Of a stretch of DNA of 64,000 bases, positions 40,501-55,400 are shown in pieces. The stretch is taken from the NCBI RefSeq assembly GCF_006345805.1, contig NC_042999.1, forward strand, positions 24,924,001-24,988,000. The letters run 5' to 3'. Below the pieces are notes generated by a model. That model did not search any database and was not told the origin of the DNA. It saw nothing but the letters and a program-made list of their open reading frames with translations. A program made the position numbers and the translations under genes. Every line of letters begins with the position of its first letter. The stretch's first letter is position 1. The DNA is from Octopus sinensis (taxonomy: Eukaryota).

Positions 40501-43500
40501 TTTGCTTTCTCTCATATTTTAATCCTTCATCTCTTAGCATAAAGCTGTCTCCACACCCCACCCCACTCAGGGTTATAATTTTGTGAACTGAATGCTGACC
40601 TCACTAGTACTGGTGGAATGTAAAAAGCACCCACTACATGCTGTAAAACGGTTGGCATTAGGAAGAACAGCCTACTATAGAAACCATCCTACTAGAGCAC
40701 AATGCAATCTTTGAGCCCATTGGATCTTGACAAACTGTCTGACTCAGTGGTTTTCAACCAGGGTTCTGCGGAACCTTAGGGTTCCGCCAGTACAGTCCAG
40801 GGGTTCCGCAAGAAGTTACAAAACTGCTAAAATCGGCAGTAATTTTTAATTCTCCTGTGCAGATATGTGTGCATAAGACAATTAAATTATTGCACAGGGG
40901 TTCCTCGAGCCAGTGGAATGTTTCTTTGGGGTTCCGCTCCAGCAAAAAGGTTGAAAAGCACTGGTCTAACTCATATGAACATGAAACATGGACATTAAAT
41001 GATGATGATGATGGTATACAAGGCATAGGCAACCTTTTTTCAAGAAGCATATTGCATCAGACAATGCAGACTACACTAAAAGAAAAAAGAAACTCCAAGG
41101 ACCTATTTCATTAGTGTGCAATTCAGAAAGTCCTTCAGGCTATAGTTTGCCTGTGACTGATAGATGTGTGTGTGTGTATATTGTCTTTTGTATTTGCATT
41201 GACACTGAAGTTCACACAGTGAAAATACTTTACTAGTGTTTATATGGTGTATCTACCTACTTGACTAAGTATCTATCTACCATTCTCTTTTCTTTGCTTT
41301 GCAAGGTTTATATTTCTTAACGGTGTCAGTTATTCATCTCTGTCCCAGTTGGAGGACATCTGACTGACTGACTGACTTGACAGCATTCACCCGGGGTGGG
41401 TTGAGCTGGCTTCATTCATCCTCAATGCTGTATCTCTCACAAATGCCAACCAGGCCTGGCAATTTGAGGCTAAGCGACCACATGATCTCCAACCACTCCC
41501 TATTCGAGCAATGAACACTGTAGATATGGGGGCCTAGGTTATGTTCCAGATCAGCCTTGACTGTCATCAGCCAGGTTTTTCATTGTCCACCACATCTGGA
41601 CATCTGGGTAACCATTTCGTTACATATGGACATCTGGGTAACCATTAAAGTTTTACCATCTGATAAATACTTGAATTAGTGTGACAATATCTTTATGCAT
41701 TCAGCTAAAATAAATACCATCTCTCAATATGTGTATATATATACAATATATATATATATAAAATTAGAAAAAACCCACCTTTTATCAATTCAAAAGGAAC
41801 AATTAAATTAAATTACACCATTTAGAAAATTACATATAATACAAAAATTAAAATAACAATAAAATGTCAAAGATTAAGTAAATTGCAAAAAATAATAAAA
41901 ACTTATATAATATAAAAGGTGTTTTTTTTCTAATTTTTTCTATATGTTTTTAATATATTTATTATATTGTGTGAAATTTGATTTGGTATTTCTAAATTGA
42001 ATTTTTTCCTTGTAAGTTTGGATTTTATTCCCTCAAATAATAATTATATATATATATATATATATTACTCTTTAGTTTGTAACACTAATTTAAATGAGTT
42101 TGTGTTTGTAATTATTTATTTGCAGTATCACTGATATAAATGCACTGAAAGAATTATCTACAAAACCAAAATTTTCCCAGAAAAATCTAGACTTTGGTGG
42201 GTCTTGTGTTCTAGCAGTTCTTCCAAATCTAATGAACTTCATTCATAAAATTCTGTCCAAACGAGTGAGTCATCTCCAAATGAAACCTACAGTTACCTCT
42301 GAGGTAAGGAAATTCTCATGGGTTTATTTAGTTCATTTTTTTTTTATTCATAGGAATGGTGCAACTTTACTATAGAATTTATTATAGAATTTGATGCTGA
42401 CAAATGTTACTGTTGATAACAGCTACATATTTAATTATTCTAATTGTGAATATTGCTGTCATTATTTTTTTGCTGAAGACAGCTGCATCAAGAAGTGTCA
42501 ATCTCTAATTGTGGAGGGTAGATCCAGAAATGTATGATAAAGTGGTGAGAAAGGATCTTCAGAGTTTGGGCCTCACAGAGGTGATGATAAGGGACCGAGA
42601 CTTCTGGCAGTTTGCTGTGCTTTAGAAGACACATCAGGCTAAGTAAAATCATGGTTGTCCTTGCACACAGGCATGTCCCTTGCGTCCCTCTTCAGTTGAG
42701 TAATCCTAATCTTGCAGGCTTTAGGGTGCTGGTGCCATGTAAAAGCCCCCGTGCCAGTGCTGTCTAAAAACACCCATACACTCTGTAAAGTGGTTGGCAT
42801 TAGAAAGGGCATCCAACTGTAGAAAACATGCTAAAACAGACATGGAACCTGGGCAGCTCTTCAGTTGTCCAACCCATACCAGCATGGAAAACAAATATTA
42901 AATGATGATGACCAGCGTCGCCTTACTGGCACTCGAGCCCCGTGCTAGTAGGGTGTTAAGAGCACCGTCCGAGCATGATCGTTGCCAGAGTGGCTATCTG
43001 GCCTCCGTGCTGGTGGCACGCAAAAGACACCATTTGAGTGTGATCGTTACCAGCATGGCCTTACTAGCACCTGGGTCGGTGGCATGTGTAAAAGATTCGA
43101 GCAAGGTTGTTGCCAGTACTGCCTGACTGGCCCCGTGCCGGTGGCACGTAAAAGCACCCACTACACTCTTGGAGTGGGTGGCGTTAGGAAGGGCATCCAG
43201 CTGTAGAAACTCTGCCAGATCGAGATTGAAGCCTGGTGCAGCTATCTGGTCCGCCAGCCTTCAGTCAAATTGTCCAACCCATGCTAGTATGGAAAGCAGA
43301 CGTTAAATGATGATGATGATGACTTTACTGGGGCACTATCTTATCTTAACTCCAGATATTTTTTTTATTGATTTCTGAAAGCTGACAGGCGAAGTAGGCA
43401 TTAATATTTAAGCTTGGTACATAAAGGGCTGTAACCAAATATCAGTGTGGTATTTGGATTATTGCTTTAGTCTACACTGTTATCCATTTGGTACTCAAAC

Positions 43501-44220
43501 AATGTATAGACAAATCTGTTAAATATATCTGTTTCTTTGTTTTGATAACTGATAGTTACTGATATCTAGTTTTGATTTATTAATAAATAGTTTCCTTTTC
43601 TACAGTGGTCAGTCAATGAAGAACCACCACACAATTCTTTAGAATGTTTGACTTTTGGTCTCAGGTCAGATGAGGAACATTGCTACAGTATTATGGAGAA
43701 AGGACCCCCGGCTGATCACCAAGATGTAAGTTTATTGAAATTCACTTTAAGCAATGTTTTATATTTATTACGTAAAAAACACCATCCGAGCGTGGCTGTT
43801 CGCCAGCCTCGTCTGGCACCTGTGTCCGTGGCACATTAAAAAAAACACCATCCGAGCGTGGCCGTTCACCAGCCTCGTCTGGCACCTGTGTCGGTGGCAC
43901 ATAAAAAACACCATCCGAGCGTGGTCGTTCACCAGCCTCGTCTGGCACCTGTGTCAGTGGCACATAAAAAATACCATCCGAGCGTGGCCGTTCGCCAGCC
44001 TCGTCTGGCACCTGTGTCGGTGGCACATAAGAAACACCATCCGAGCGTGGCCGTTCACCAGCATGTGCACTTGTACAGGTAATGTCGATTTGATTGAGTA
44101 GGGGAGCATATCCAACATTTGATCTCTATAAACAAATCATCTGTGTGGTTGTTCAGCAAGAAATTGCTGAACCCCCTTCTGTGTACATGTTGCTAACCCT
44201 AACCTTACTTACGGCATCTC

Positions 44221-44284
<64 letters not shown>

Positions 44285-45049
44285 GGTATTTATTTAAAAC
44301 AACATTGGTGCATTTACTGAAAAAGTGTTTGTTGATCACTCAACCCAAAAGAGGAAAATAAAATGAACAGTTTTTTTTCTTTGAATATTAGGCTAAAGAA
44401 TTCCAAGAACTTTGGTCAGGGAAATCAGAACTGAGAAAATTTAAAGATGGTACCATTTGTGAGGCTGTCATTTGGCTCACTAAACCAACTATGTACAAGA
44501 AAAGAACAATTTTTTATGAAATTATTTCTTTTATGTTAAATAAGTAAGTATTTTTAGTTGAAATTTCATGTAATTTTTAAATTTTATTGATTTAAAAAAA
44601 AAATTTACATTTATTGTAAATCCAGTTTTGGCATTATTCCTTTATAAGTCTAAGAATTTGTTGATTTCTATTTCAGTTGTGTTGATCAGGTTGTGTATAT
44701 CTTCTTACTCTGTGAGCACTTTATGAAACGGTAGCCAATTGTCTTTCAAATCATATTGTACCACCTTCTTAAAAGAACTGGGTATTTAACCCTTTAGTGT
44801 TCACATAATTCTGCCAAAACTAATTCTTATTTATCCACGTTGTTTTGAATTAATCATGCATTATCTTGTATCAGGCGCAGGAGTGGCTGTGTGGTAAGTA
44901 GCTTGCTAACCAACCACATGGTTCCGGGTTCAGTCCCACTGCGTGGCATCTTGGGCAAGTGTCTTCTGCTATAGCTCCAGGCCGACCAATGCCTTGTGAG
45001 TGGATTTGGTAGACGGAAACTGAAAGAAGCCTGTCGTATATATGTATAT

Positions 45050-45098
<49 letters not shown>

Positions 45099-46163
45099 TT
45101 GTGTGTCTGTGTTTGTCCCCCTAGCATTGCTTGACAACCGATGCTGGTGTGTTTACGTCCCCGTCACTTAGCGGTTCGGCAAAAGAGACCGATAGAATAA
45201 GTACTGGGCTTACAAAGAATAAGTCCCGGGGTCGATTTGCTCGACTAAAGGCGGTGCTCCAGCATGGCCGCAGTCAAATGACTGAAACAAGTAAAAGAGT
45301 AAAAGAGTAGCTTTGAGATTTTGATGAGGTAGCTGTTAATTTTTAAAACGATATTGTAGGGTTGGTGTGAGAGACCAGATATGGCCAGTTTGAACATAAA
45401 ACAAGCAGAATACTTTTGGCCGGATATGGCCGATTTAAATGCTAAAGGGTTAAACATAAATATGTTATGACAGGATGGTCATGACTGGAACGCTTGACCT
45501 GAGGCTTAACAACTAGTGTTTAAAAGTTACTATTTTAATTTCTTCTATAGTATATATCAGTTGGTGATCCATTTTGCTGAAAATTACATTCACTGTATCA
45601 CAAACAACAAGACATCATATTTATGAAGTTTATTTGGGAGTTAGTTATTGGTTATAAACATTTCAAGTGGCATTAATTATTAAATGGCTGCTTTGTAGAC
45701 ACCTTGAAGATATGTGGCTATGTTAAGGCACTTTTGAAGAAGAATGATACTTTGGGTCACAAACTTGCTTATTTCCATAATGTTTATTGAACTAGTTTTG
45801 CCTTTCCCTTCTCTTCTAATTCTGTCAGCAATTTTCACCACACTGAATATTTAAGCATCATCAAAACCTTCATCACCATTTTTGTTTCCAGTGAAACACT
45901 TGATAATACTAAGATCTCCTCCTCAATCACTGATGGTTTATTAGCAAGTATATACCAGCAATCCTGCTACAATTCTTTTCTAAGATCAAGCAGTCGCTTT
46001 TGGACTTACTTCCCTGGTGAGGAAACATGACTAGAGTTGTTATCCTTGCTATTAAAGACTGGAAGACTGGACACACTCACTTCTGCATTCTGTATTCAAA
46101 TTTCATTAAACTTCCAGGGGTATCTTCTGTGGGGTTTTTTTCACCCCACAACACAAATTAATA

Positions 46164-46216
<53 letters not shown>

Positions 46217-46426
46217 GATGATTGCTCAACATTTTAAAACTATTGTAATACTTACAATGTTTAATAAAATGATGTAGTGTGAAACGATCGTACCAAATTA
46301 CCGAAGATATTCTTGTTGCTTAATTTGATTATAATCACTCCATGGATTTATATGGATAACACCATACAAAATTCTGGTGCATCTAGCTTAAGTACCATAT
46401 TCATTTGAATCTAAATTTTGCTGAAC

Positions 46427-46457
<31 letters not shown>

Positions 46458-49400
46458 TATATATATATACTAATCTATTTTTGTTCTATTTTTTTATTAT
46501 ACCCATTAGGCTTTAGAAAACAGTCCTTAGAGGGTAGAAGCTTTTCTTCAGTGTCAGGTTTTGAATGTTATTTCCATCTGTTTAGCTCCAGGTTACTCCT
46601 GATTGAGCAGACATTTGAACAAAGGTGTTGTAGGTTTTTTTCCCCATATTGGTATAGTATACATTAGACTGCTGTATCTAACGTATCCTTCCCTGTTTTA
46701 AGTTGCTTGCTTTATGGTAACTCTGCATATTTTACCTTGGTATTTCTATTTCCAATTTTTCCAGATATTTTTCTATTCCACCGAAAGCTATTGAATTTCC
46801 TGCAACTTGTATTGAATCCATCCTAACTCTTCCTAAAGAAGCTAGTCCAGAGGAGGATTACGGCACAGGTGAAGAAGCCAGCACTAAAGTAAACCAAGCC
46901 TGTGATAAACTTAGGAAAATTATTAGCAACATTAAAATTACTGTTGATATCAAAGATATTCAAGGGATTTCTCCTGTTTTTCGATTTGCTGAGGTATGTC
47001 TCCAAACTTCCACTTTTACATTTTTACTTCTTTTGAACAAATATTCAGGATGTGGTGTTAGACTTTGCAATTTGTGCCTTTACTGGTTCCTCCACAAAAG
47101 TGTGGTAGTCTTCCAGTGCTCATTGCTCATCCTGTAGACATGGCCAAACCAGTAGCCTGATATGCTAGACTTGGTCTTCAATGGTTGGCTACTGGTTGGG
47201 ATTGTTCTCAGATGTTGTTGTTTGAGATTTGGTTGTGTAGAGAGACACCAAGGATCTGATGATGCCACATTCCAAACAAGTGCCTCAGATCATTAATTAA
47301 AACAAAGGCTGTGTATTTCAACAGAGCTGAAGTAACAAAAAGATGGAGTCTTTGATAAAATGAAAATGTAAATTTTCTAAAAGGAAACTGAAACAGAGCT
47401 GTGCCCGTGGCATGTAAAAAGCACCAACCGATCGTGGCTGCTGCCAGCCTCCCCTGGCACCTGTGCCGGTGGCACGTAAAAAGCACCCACTACACTCACG
47501 GAGTGGTTGACTTTAGGAAGGGCATCCAACTGTAGAAACACCGCCAGATCAGACTGGAGCCTGGTGCAGCCTCCTGGCTTCCCAGACCCCAGTCGAACCA
47601 TCCAACCCATGCTAGCATGAAAAACGGACGTTAAACGATGATGATGATGATGATGATGATTATACTGTGTATTTAGTTGTTACTAGTCCGCATAATCATT
47701 GTTTTCCACACCGGCATATGTTGGTTGGATTTTCTGAGGCAGTGTTTCCTATTGTTCCTGACCCCAACCCTTTAGGATCCTCTTGAAGCACATAGAGGAA
47801 CATTATCAAACCAGGATACATCATCATCATCATCATTTAACGTCTGCTTTCCATGCTAGCATGGGTTGGACGGTTCGACCGGAGTCTGGAAAGCCAGAAG
47901 GCTGCACCAGCCTCAGTCTGATCTGGCAATGTTTCTACAGCTGGATGCCCTTCCTAACGCTAACCACTCTGTGATTGTAGTGGCTGCTTTTTACGTGCCA
48001 CCATCAGATACATCTGATATTATTTGTGATAAGGAAATATGTTATTGAAGAATAATAAGAATAAGCTGAGCAATATTTCTGTATGTCAGTGTCAGAATAT
48101 GCAGATGGAGTCAATCCATATTACTAATACTTTTTTTTTTTTCCCAATGCAGGTTTTTAAATTAATTTTTTTGTTTCTTTTCTTGAGGTATTTCCTGCAC
48201 TTGGTTGTAGAGATTCACCAAATTGTTTGTCTCAGAAAAACAGAAACATCCCAAGTCCTGATCTTTGTCCTCATTATTGTCCTGTTGTCACTGGTAAGAA
48301 GTTTGTTATGCTTTATATATACATTTTATCATCATCATCATCATCGTTTAGCGTCCACTTTCCATGCTAGCATGGGTTGGACGGTTCAACTGGGGATCTG
48401 GGAAGCCAGAAGGCTGCACCAGGCCCAGTCTGATCTGGCAATGTTTCTACAGCTGGATGCCCTTCCTAACGCTAACCACTCTGTGATTGTAGTGGCTGCT
48501 TTTTACGTGCCAGACGAGGCTGGCAAACGGCCACGGTCGGATGGTGCTTTTTACGTGCCACCGGCACGGAGGCCAGGCGAGGCTGGCAACAGCCACGATC
48601 GGATGGTGCTTTTTACGTGTCACTGGCACAGAAGCCAGTCGGGGCGGTGCTGGCAATGGCCACGTCCGGATGGTTCTCTTATGTGCCACCGGCACTGGTA
48701 TCACGGCTACAATTTCCATTGATGTCAATCGATTTTGATTTTGATTTTCACTTGCCTCAACTGGTCTTCACAAGTAGAGTTTTGTGTCCCAAGAAGGAAA
48801 GGTATGCATAAGTGGATTGGCTACATCCCAGGTAGAGGCCACAGGTTATGGTCTCACTTCTCCTGCCAGGTCTTCTCACGCACAGCATACTTCCAGGTGT
48901 TGTTTTAGCTTTGATGGAGCAGACCTCTGTTCAAAGATATTCTATCTGTGACCATCCTGTCTTGGAAGGGTGTTATGTAGGGCTACTACATAATGTGCCT
49001 TCTATCTAATGTCTCCTTCCTTCACTGTTTGTAAGACTGTGTGATTTGATAGAGCTATAGTTGTTATTTCTAGTAAGTTGAGTTATGATGTAGAATACAT
49101 CCTAGACGGTGGTGTAAGATACAAATGCACACACACAAACACACACACGCACACATGTATATATATATGTGTGTGTGTCTATGTATATGTATATATATGT
49201 GAGTGTATACAATCTTCAACAAAGTAAGTCATGTATACAATTTGGACACATATCAGTACATAAACATACATTCACATGTACATACACATGTACACACACA
49301 CACACAGACATGTCTACACACTTACCAAATATTCACATACATACATACATACAATCGTATAGGCATGCACACATGCATATGCATGTACACGTATGCATAC

Positions 49401-52400
49401 GCACATACATATACACACACATACACACATATGAACTAACTGTTACTTTCTCAGATGCAGTACGGAATTTTATCAGTGATCAGGTCACGGTCTCAAAGCG
49501 CTGAAAATATTTTGGCAAATTGAATTTAAATGCTGAAGTGAATCTAACGGTTTTTGTGAGTTTAAATGGCTTATAAACACCTTCCACGCTGCAGTTACAC
49601 GTCTGCTATAACCTCAGTCATATGTTAGTGGGACATAGTGGCCATACCTTCACCTACCCATTTTAGTGGGCTACCCACTGTATAGTAGTCATATCATGCA
49701 TGTTATAACCCTAATCACTTATCACAATCACCTCGTGTTTGTGGTTTACTCAGCCACCATACAATGGTCACATAATGTCTGGCTCCCTGGGTAAATGCTA
49801 AAACACAGCCCATCAACGATGAATTTTCTGATATTTCTAAACCTAAACTTTTTGTTGTTCATTGCAGTTCTGTGTATGGTTGGAACACGAGGAAGGGATC
49901 CTCAAGATCTTGAGACGCTTTATCGTTTGAAGGCACTCTATCTCTTAGAACTAATGAAGAGTTTACAAAAGAAATTTAAACTTGTGATTTCATATCATAA
50001 ACAATATTTAGATATTCTGGTGGTAAGTAGTAAACTCTGTTTCCCTATTCTCTGATGATTCTTTTAGCTGTTATTGGAAATGAGGATTGGCAATGAGAAG
50101 GGCAATCTGGCCATAGAAAATCTGTGTTCAGAAAATTCATCTATCTCATGTCAGCATGGCAAAGTAAACATTAAAATGATGATGATGCTGTATGTATGCA
50201 AATACACACACTTGGCCCTTGGATACATTTAGAAAGTCCATTCTGTTGTGAGCATTCAGGCCAGGCCTTAAGTTAGAAGATATCTCCCATTTCCAGTAAT
50301 TTCAGGGACCTGTATTGGGTTATGGGCACTGCTTTATTTCTTGGCTAATGCAAAAAAAGAATCTGATGCAAAAACCATTCCTTAAACATAGGTTAAATTA
50401 GCTTCTTAATGAGAACATAGCGATAATGTTTAGAGAATTTTACCAAACATTTTCAATTTTTATAAATTCAGTTGAATTTTGGAATAATTCGTCTAATATA
50501 ACTTTGAATTGTTTTTTCATCTTTTATAGCATTATATGCAGAATTTATTCATGTTATCGTAATTAATGTACTGGACATTATAGGATTTAATTTGAAATAC
50601 CTATTTCTTTACTACCCACAAGGGGCTAAACACAGAGGGGACAATCAAGGACAGAGAAATGGATTAAGTCGATTACATCGACCCCAGTGCGTAACTGGTC
50701 CTTAATTTATCGACCCCGAAAGGATGAAAGGCAAAGTCGACCTTGGCGGAATTTCAACTCAGAACGTAACGGCAGACAAAATACGGCTACGCATTTCGCC
50801 CGGCATGCTAACGTTTCTGCCAGCTCGCCACCACTAACTTAACTACATTTCTAATTAACCTGTTAATATCTGAATAATGATTTTCTGTAAAGAATGGATG
50901 ATAGATGAGCTGAGGTTAACAATCAGGATCCTGAATGTATCTAAGGTCAACTTTTCAAACTGTTTCCTTTTTCTATTGGTATTTATGTTTTTTTTTTTTT
51001 TTTTTTTTTTTTTTGCTATTTAGGATGAAATTGTGTTCCGGTTAAAGTTGTGTTTCAATCAAGAAATAGAACTATTAAAGGGGCCACATGATAGTGTTGA
51101 AGGAGAAAAGGTTCACAGTGATGAGTCCCTCTGTTTATGGGCTGAGACGAGAGTCATGCCAAAACTGACCAGTGTCCTTCGTGGGTAAGTTCCTCTTTGC
51201 TTTTGAATGTGGAATTAGGTGCTGTATAAATAAATGGTTCAGAATACTGGGTTTCCAGCCCTGCAAATGGATTGAAGATGTGTGTTTCACCATAAAAGTA
51301 ATTGTGGCATCTGTAAATGGCTGAATGCTCTTGTATTCCAAGTTAGACATCATTATTATCTTAATTGTAACACCTGTGTCATACTTTAGGTAAATTATTA
51401 CACATTTGGTTTTATTATTGATTTTACTGTAGAAGTTAAATGTCTGACTTTTTTTTTCTGGTTACAGTCTTGGTCAAAAACACCAAACTTATGGCCTTGT
51501 TGTACGTTTAGCCAAGCGCTGGCTCTCAGCCCATTTCTTATCTGATGACATTCCTGCTATAGCAATTGAGTTACTGGTGGCAAGTCTGTTTTTAGAGCCT
51601 TATCCATTTGAAGTACCACGGTAAGTTATTGTTTCTTCTTTATAAGTTTTTCTCTAAATAAATAAAACGATAGTGATAATAGAAGCAAAGGAAGTGCTAT
51701 TTTCATCTGTCTTGATTTTAAAGTTACCACTTTAGCACTTTTTATCATATGTCATTTCAATTAACATTACTATAAAATTTAATAGACATAGGCGCAGGAG
51801 TGGCTGTGTGGTAAGTAGCTTGCTTACCAACCACAATAATAATTGAAGGGTTAATTACACATGTATTTTTAAGTTGATATTTATTTTCATTTGTTCATTT
51901 TCGGTTGGCTTGAGGTTATCATTGAAGACACCTGTCCAAGGTGACACACAATGGAAATGAACTTTATTAAGCATACCTCTGTGCCTTCAGGTGCATGTGT
52001 GTATGTATATATTTGTCTGTATATGTGTGTATGTATATCTTTCTTTTTTCTTTTTACTTGTTTCAGTCATTTTGACTGCGGCCATGCTGGAGCACCGCCT
52101 TTAATCGAGCAACTCGACCCTGGGACTTATTCTTTGTAAGCCCAGTACTTATTCTATTGGTCTCTTTTGCTGAACCGCTAAGTGACGGGGACATAAACAC
52201 ACCAGCATCGGTTGTCAAGCAATGATAGGGGGACAAACACAGACACACAAACATACACGCACATACATATATATATACATATATACGACGGGCTTCTTTC
52301 AGTTTCCGTCTACCAAACCCACTCACAAGGCTTTGGTCGGCCCGAGGCTATAGTAGAGGACACTTGCCCAAGGTGCCAGACAGTGGGACTGAACCCGGAG

Positions 52401-55400
52401 CCATGTGGTTGGTAAACAAGCTACTTACCACACAGCCACAAAATAATATTTTTTGCTCTTGTATTTGAATTTTTTCATGTTCAACTGTTTCTAAAATGAA
52501 ATCCCTTTTAACAGGGGATCAATTTGTGGCTTCCTTCGTTTCCTGTACTTGGTGTCAACATTTGACTGGGCAACAAGTCCATTCTTTGTCAACTTAAACA
52601 ATGAATACTCAGGTAAGTGACTATCTTAATTATTTTTTTCTTTTTACAACTCATTATTTCATAGTGTGTGAATCTGTATCTTTGTTATTCTAATACTTAT
52701 TTTTCTACCATCAGCTTAATGGGAACCATGACAGAACATCTGCCTGTGTGTCTGTAATGTCTTATCTGTATGACACTGCCATCAGAACATTTTGTCCTGC
52801 CTTTGAGATTCTATATTTTGATCATCTAGACCAGTGGTTCTCAACTGGGGTCTGTATAGTCCTTGAGGGTCCATATAAGATTTTGTTGTTAAAATTTATC
52901 TGCAATGAACTAGTTATACTTCTGCAATACACAAAATATTCTAACAATTTTTCTATTACAATTCCTAATAATATTTAATTATAAAAATATAGTAGGATTT
53001 TTGGATCTTTTCTGTTTGAACGGCAGTTTTTTCTAGCGGTGTCATATGAAATTGTCACCCATAATTATGACCCTAGTATCGATTTATTGCATTTCAATTT
53101 CTGTTAGGGTTAGGGGTGGGGAGAAGGGTATCTTTTTTTCTTCACAAATGTAAATAAACCTAATCTGTTTCTTAAACGAGGGACATATTCATATGGCACA
53201 GAATGCTTTTTACCTCAATAGACGTCAGTGATTGGTTGAAATTGAAGAAAAAAACCCAAATATCTTACAAACTATAGAATTTTTTCAATAAAGCCACGAG
53301 AAAAAGATGTTTTATAAACACATTCTACCAGTATACGAAGTTTAAAATTTTTTAGTTACTTGGAAATTATGTTAAAAACTGCCATTCAAACCGAAAAGGT
53401 CCAGATTTTTTAAACATAAAATGGATAGTAGGGTCCATCTGAGTAAAATAGGAATCAAAAGGAGTTCATAGGTAAAAAAATGGTTAAGAAACACTGATAT
53501 AGACTGTACCATTGGACTGGATTCCATAGTGTACCAAATTTATTCAAGTATAATACATACTTTTTCAACTTTTTGAAACTAAATTTTAGAAGTGCACATT
53601 ATATACAAGATCTAAATATTCACCATTATCCTCAATCAAATGTTTCGCTATATTACTACAATAATGTTACAATTTTTTGTGATAATGATGATGTACTGTT
53701 GAGTTACTGTTATCGGTCTTCAATATAGAAGGTTATAATATAATAATTTCATTATTGAAAATACAATATTAATTATTTGTACGAGGTGTTTTAACCTGGG
53801 TTTTATGGATCATAATTAATAGTGTGCATCATACATGAGTCAAGCTGGCAGAAATGTTAGCGTGCCGGGCGAAATGCTTAGTGGTATTTCGTATGTCGTT
53901 ACGTTCTGAGTTCAAATTCCGCCGAGGTCGACTTTGCCTTTCATCCTTTCGGGGTCGATAAATTAAGTACCAGTTACGCACTGGGGTCGATGTAATCGAC
54001 TTAATACCTATGTCTGTCCTTGTTTGTCCCCTCTGTGTTTAGCCCCTTGTGGGTAATAAAGAAATATATATGAATATATACAGTAGGTTTGGTACTAAAA
54101 ACGTGAAGAATAAAAAGGATTTAAACTATCAAAATATGTAAGCAAAACATGGTGAATTCATTCTCTTTGATATTTTGGCTTCTTTAGAATTCAGTAGAGA
54201 AAGTGGACATGTTATTATTGGTCAATGGTCATTTTGTGTATGTTGGCTGTAAGTATTGCAGAGGTGGTGGCACGTAATAAGCACCCACTACACTCTCGGA
54301 GTGGTTGGCGTTAGGAAGGGCATCCAGCTGTAGAAACTCTGCCAGATCAAGATTGGAGCCTGGTGCAATCATTTGGCTCGCCAGCCCTCAGTCAAAATCG
54401 TCCAACCCATGCTAGCATGGAAAGCGGACGTTAAACGATGATGATGTAAGGAATTTTGGGGCACTTCTTGTTTTTATACTTTTCATATCCTCATGTCATT
54501 TCATATTTGTTTGAATATATATTTTGCAGGGGCAGAAATTAGCCAAATTAAAGCAGACTTCAGTGTTCGAACAAGTTTTCCTCCTATGACAATTTGCATC
54601 CCTCTCGACAAAGAAGTGGTTTCGTTTTGGACTCGTGAAAAGCCTAACCAGATGATGCTAAATCGCTTAATTTTGATTGCCAAACAGTCATTGCGTACAT
54701 TACAAGAGACGTTGATACAGCCAGGTAGTGATTTAAAGGTGAGCTTTTTAATAGTAATTTCTTTTATTCTTTCATCATCGTTTAATGTCCGTTTTCCGCG
54801 CTAGCACGGGTTGGACGGTTCGACCGGGATCTGGGAAGCCAGGGGCTGCACCAGGCTCCAGTCTTGATCTGGCAGTGTTTCTACAGCTGGATGCCCTTCC
54901 TAACGCCAACCACTCCGCGAGTGTAGTGGGTGCTTTTTACGTGCCACCTGCACAGGTGCCAGGGGGGTTTGGCATCGGCCGCGATAGGCTGGTGCTTTTA
55001 ACATGCCACCGGCACGGAAGCCACGTTTGGATGGTGCTTTTTATGTGCCACCGGCACAAATATAAATTTAAGAGACTAACAATGGAGAATGGGGGTTAGG
55101 TTATTCAGTGGTTCTCAATTGGGGTCCATATAGCCCTTGAGGGTCCACATAAGATTTTGTTAAAATTTATCTGCAATAAATTAGTTACACTTCTACAATA
55201 CATGAAATATTAAAATTTTTTTTAATATAATTCCTAATCATATTTAATTATAAAAATATAATAGGATTCTTTGAAACATCAAATGACCGAGGGTCCACCT
55301 GAGTAATATAAGAATTGAAAGGCTCCATAAGAAAAATTTGTTGATGACTGGCATCCGTGCTAGTGGGGTGCAAAGAGCACCATATGAGTGTGATCGTTGA

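Noticed and set aside
43770-44070. Regularly spaced repeats resembling a CRISPR array (also at 4738 and 60600)
   Set aside because: Head-to-tail tandem units with no unique spacers, a eukaryotic intron context and no cas genes.
48039-48722. 227-aa ORF
   Set aside because: It reads NOL6 exon 15 in the wrong frame and runs into an RTE repeat.
49100-49440. ORFs 49169-49504 and 49203-49439
   Set aside because: Low-complexity CA/TA microsatellite translations.
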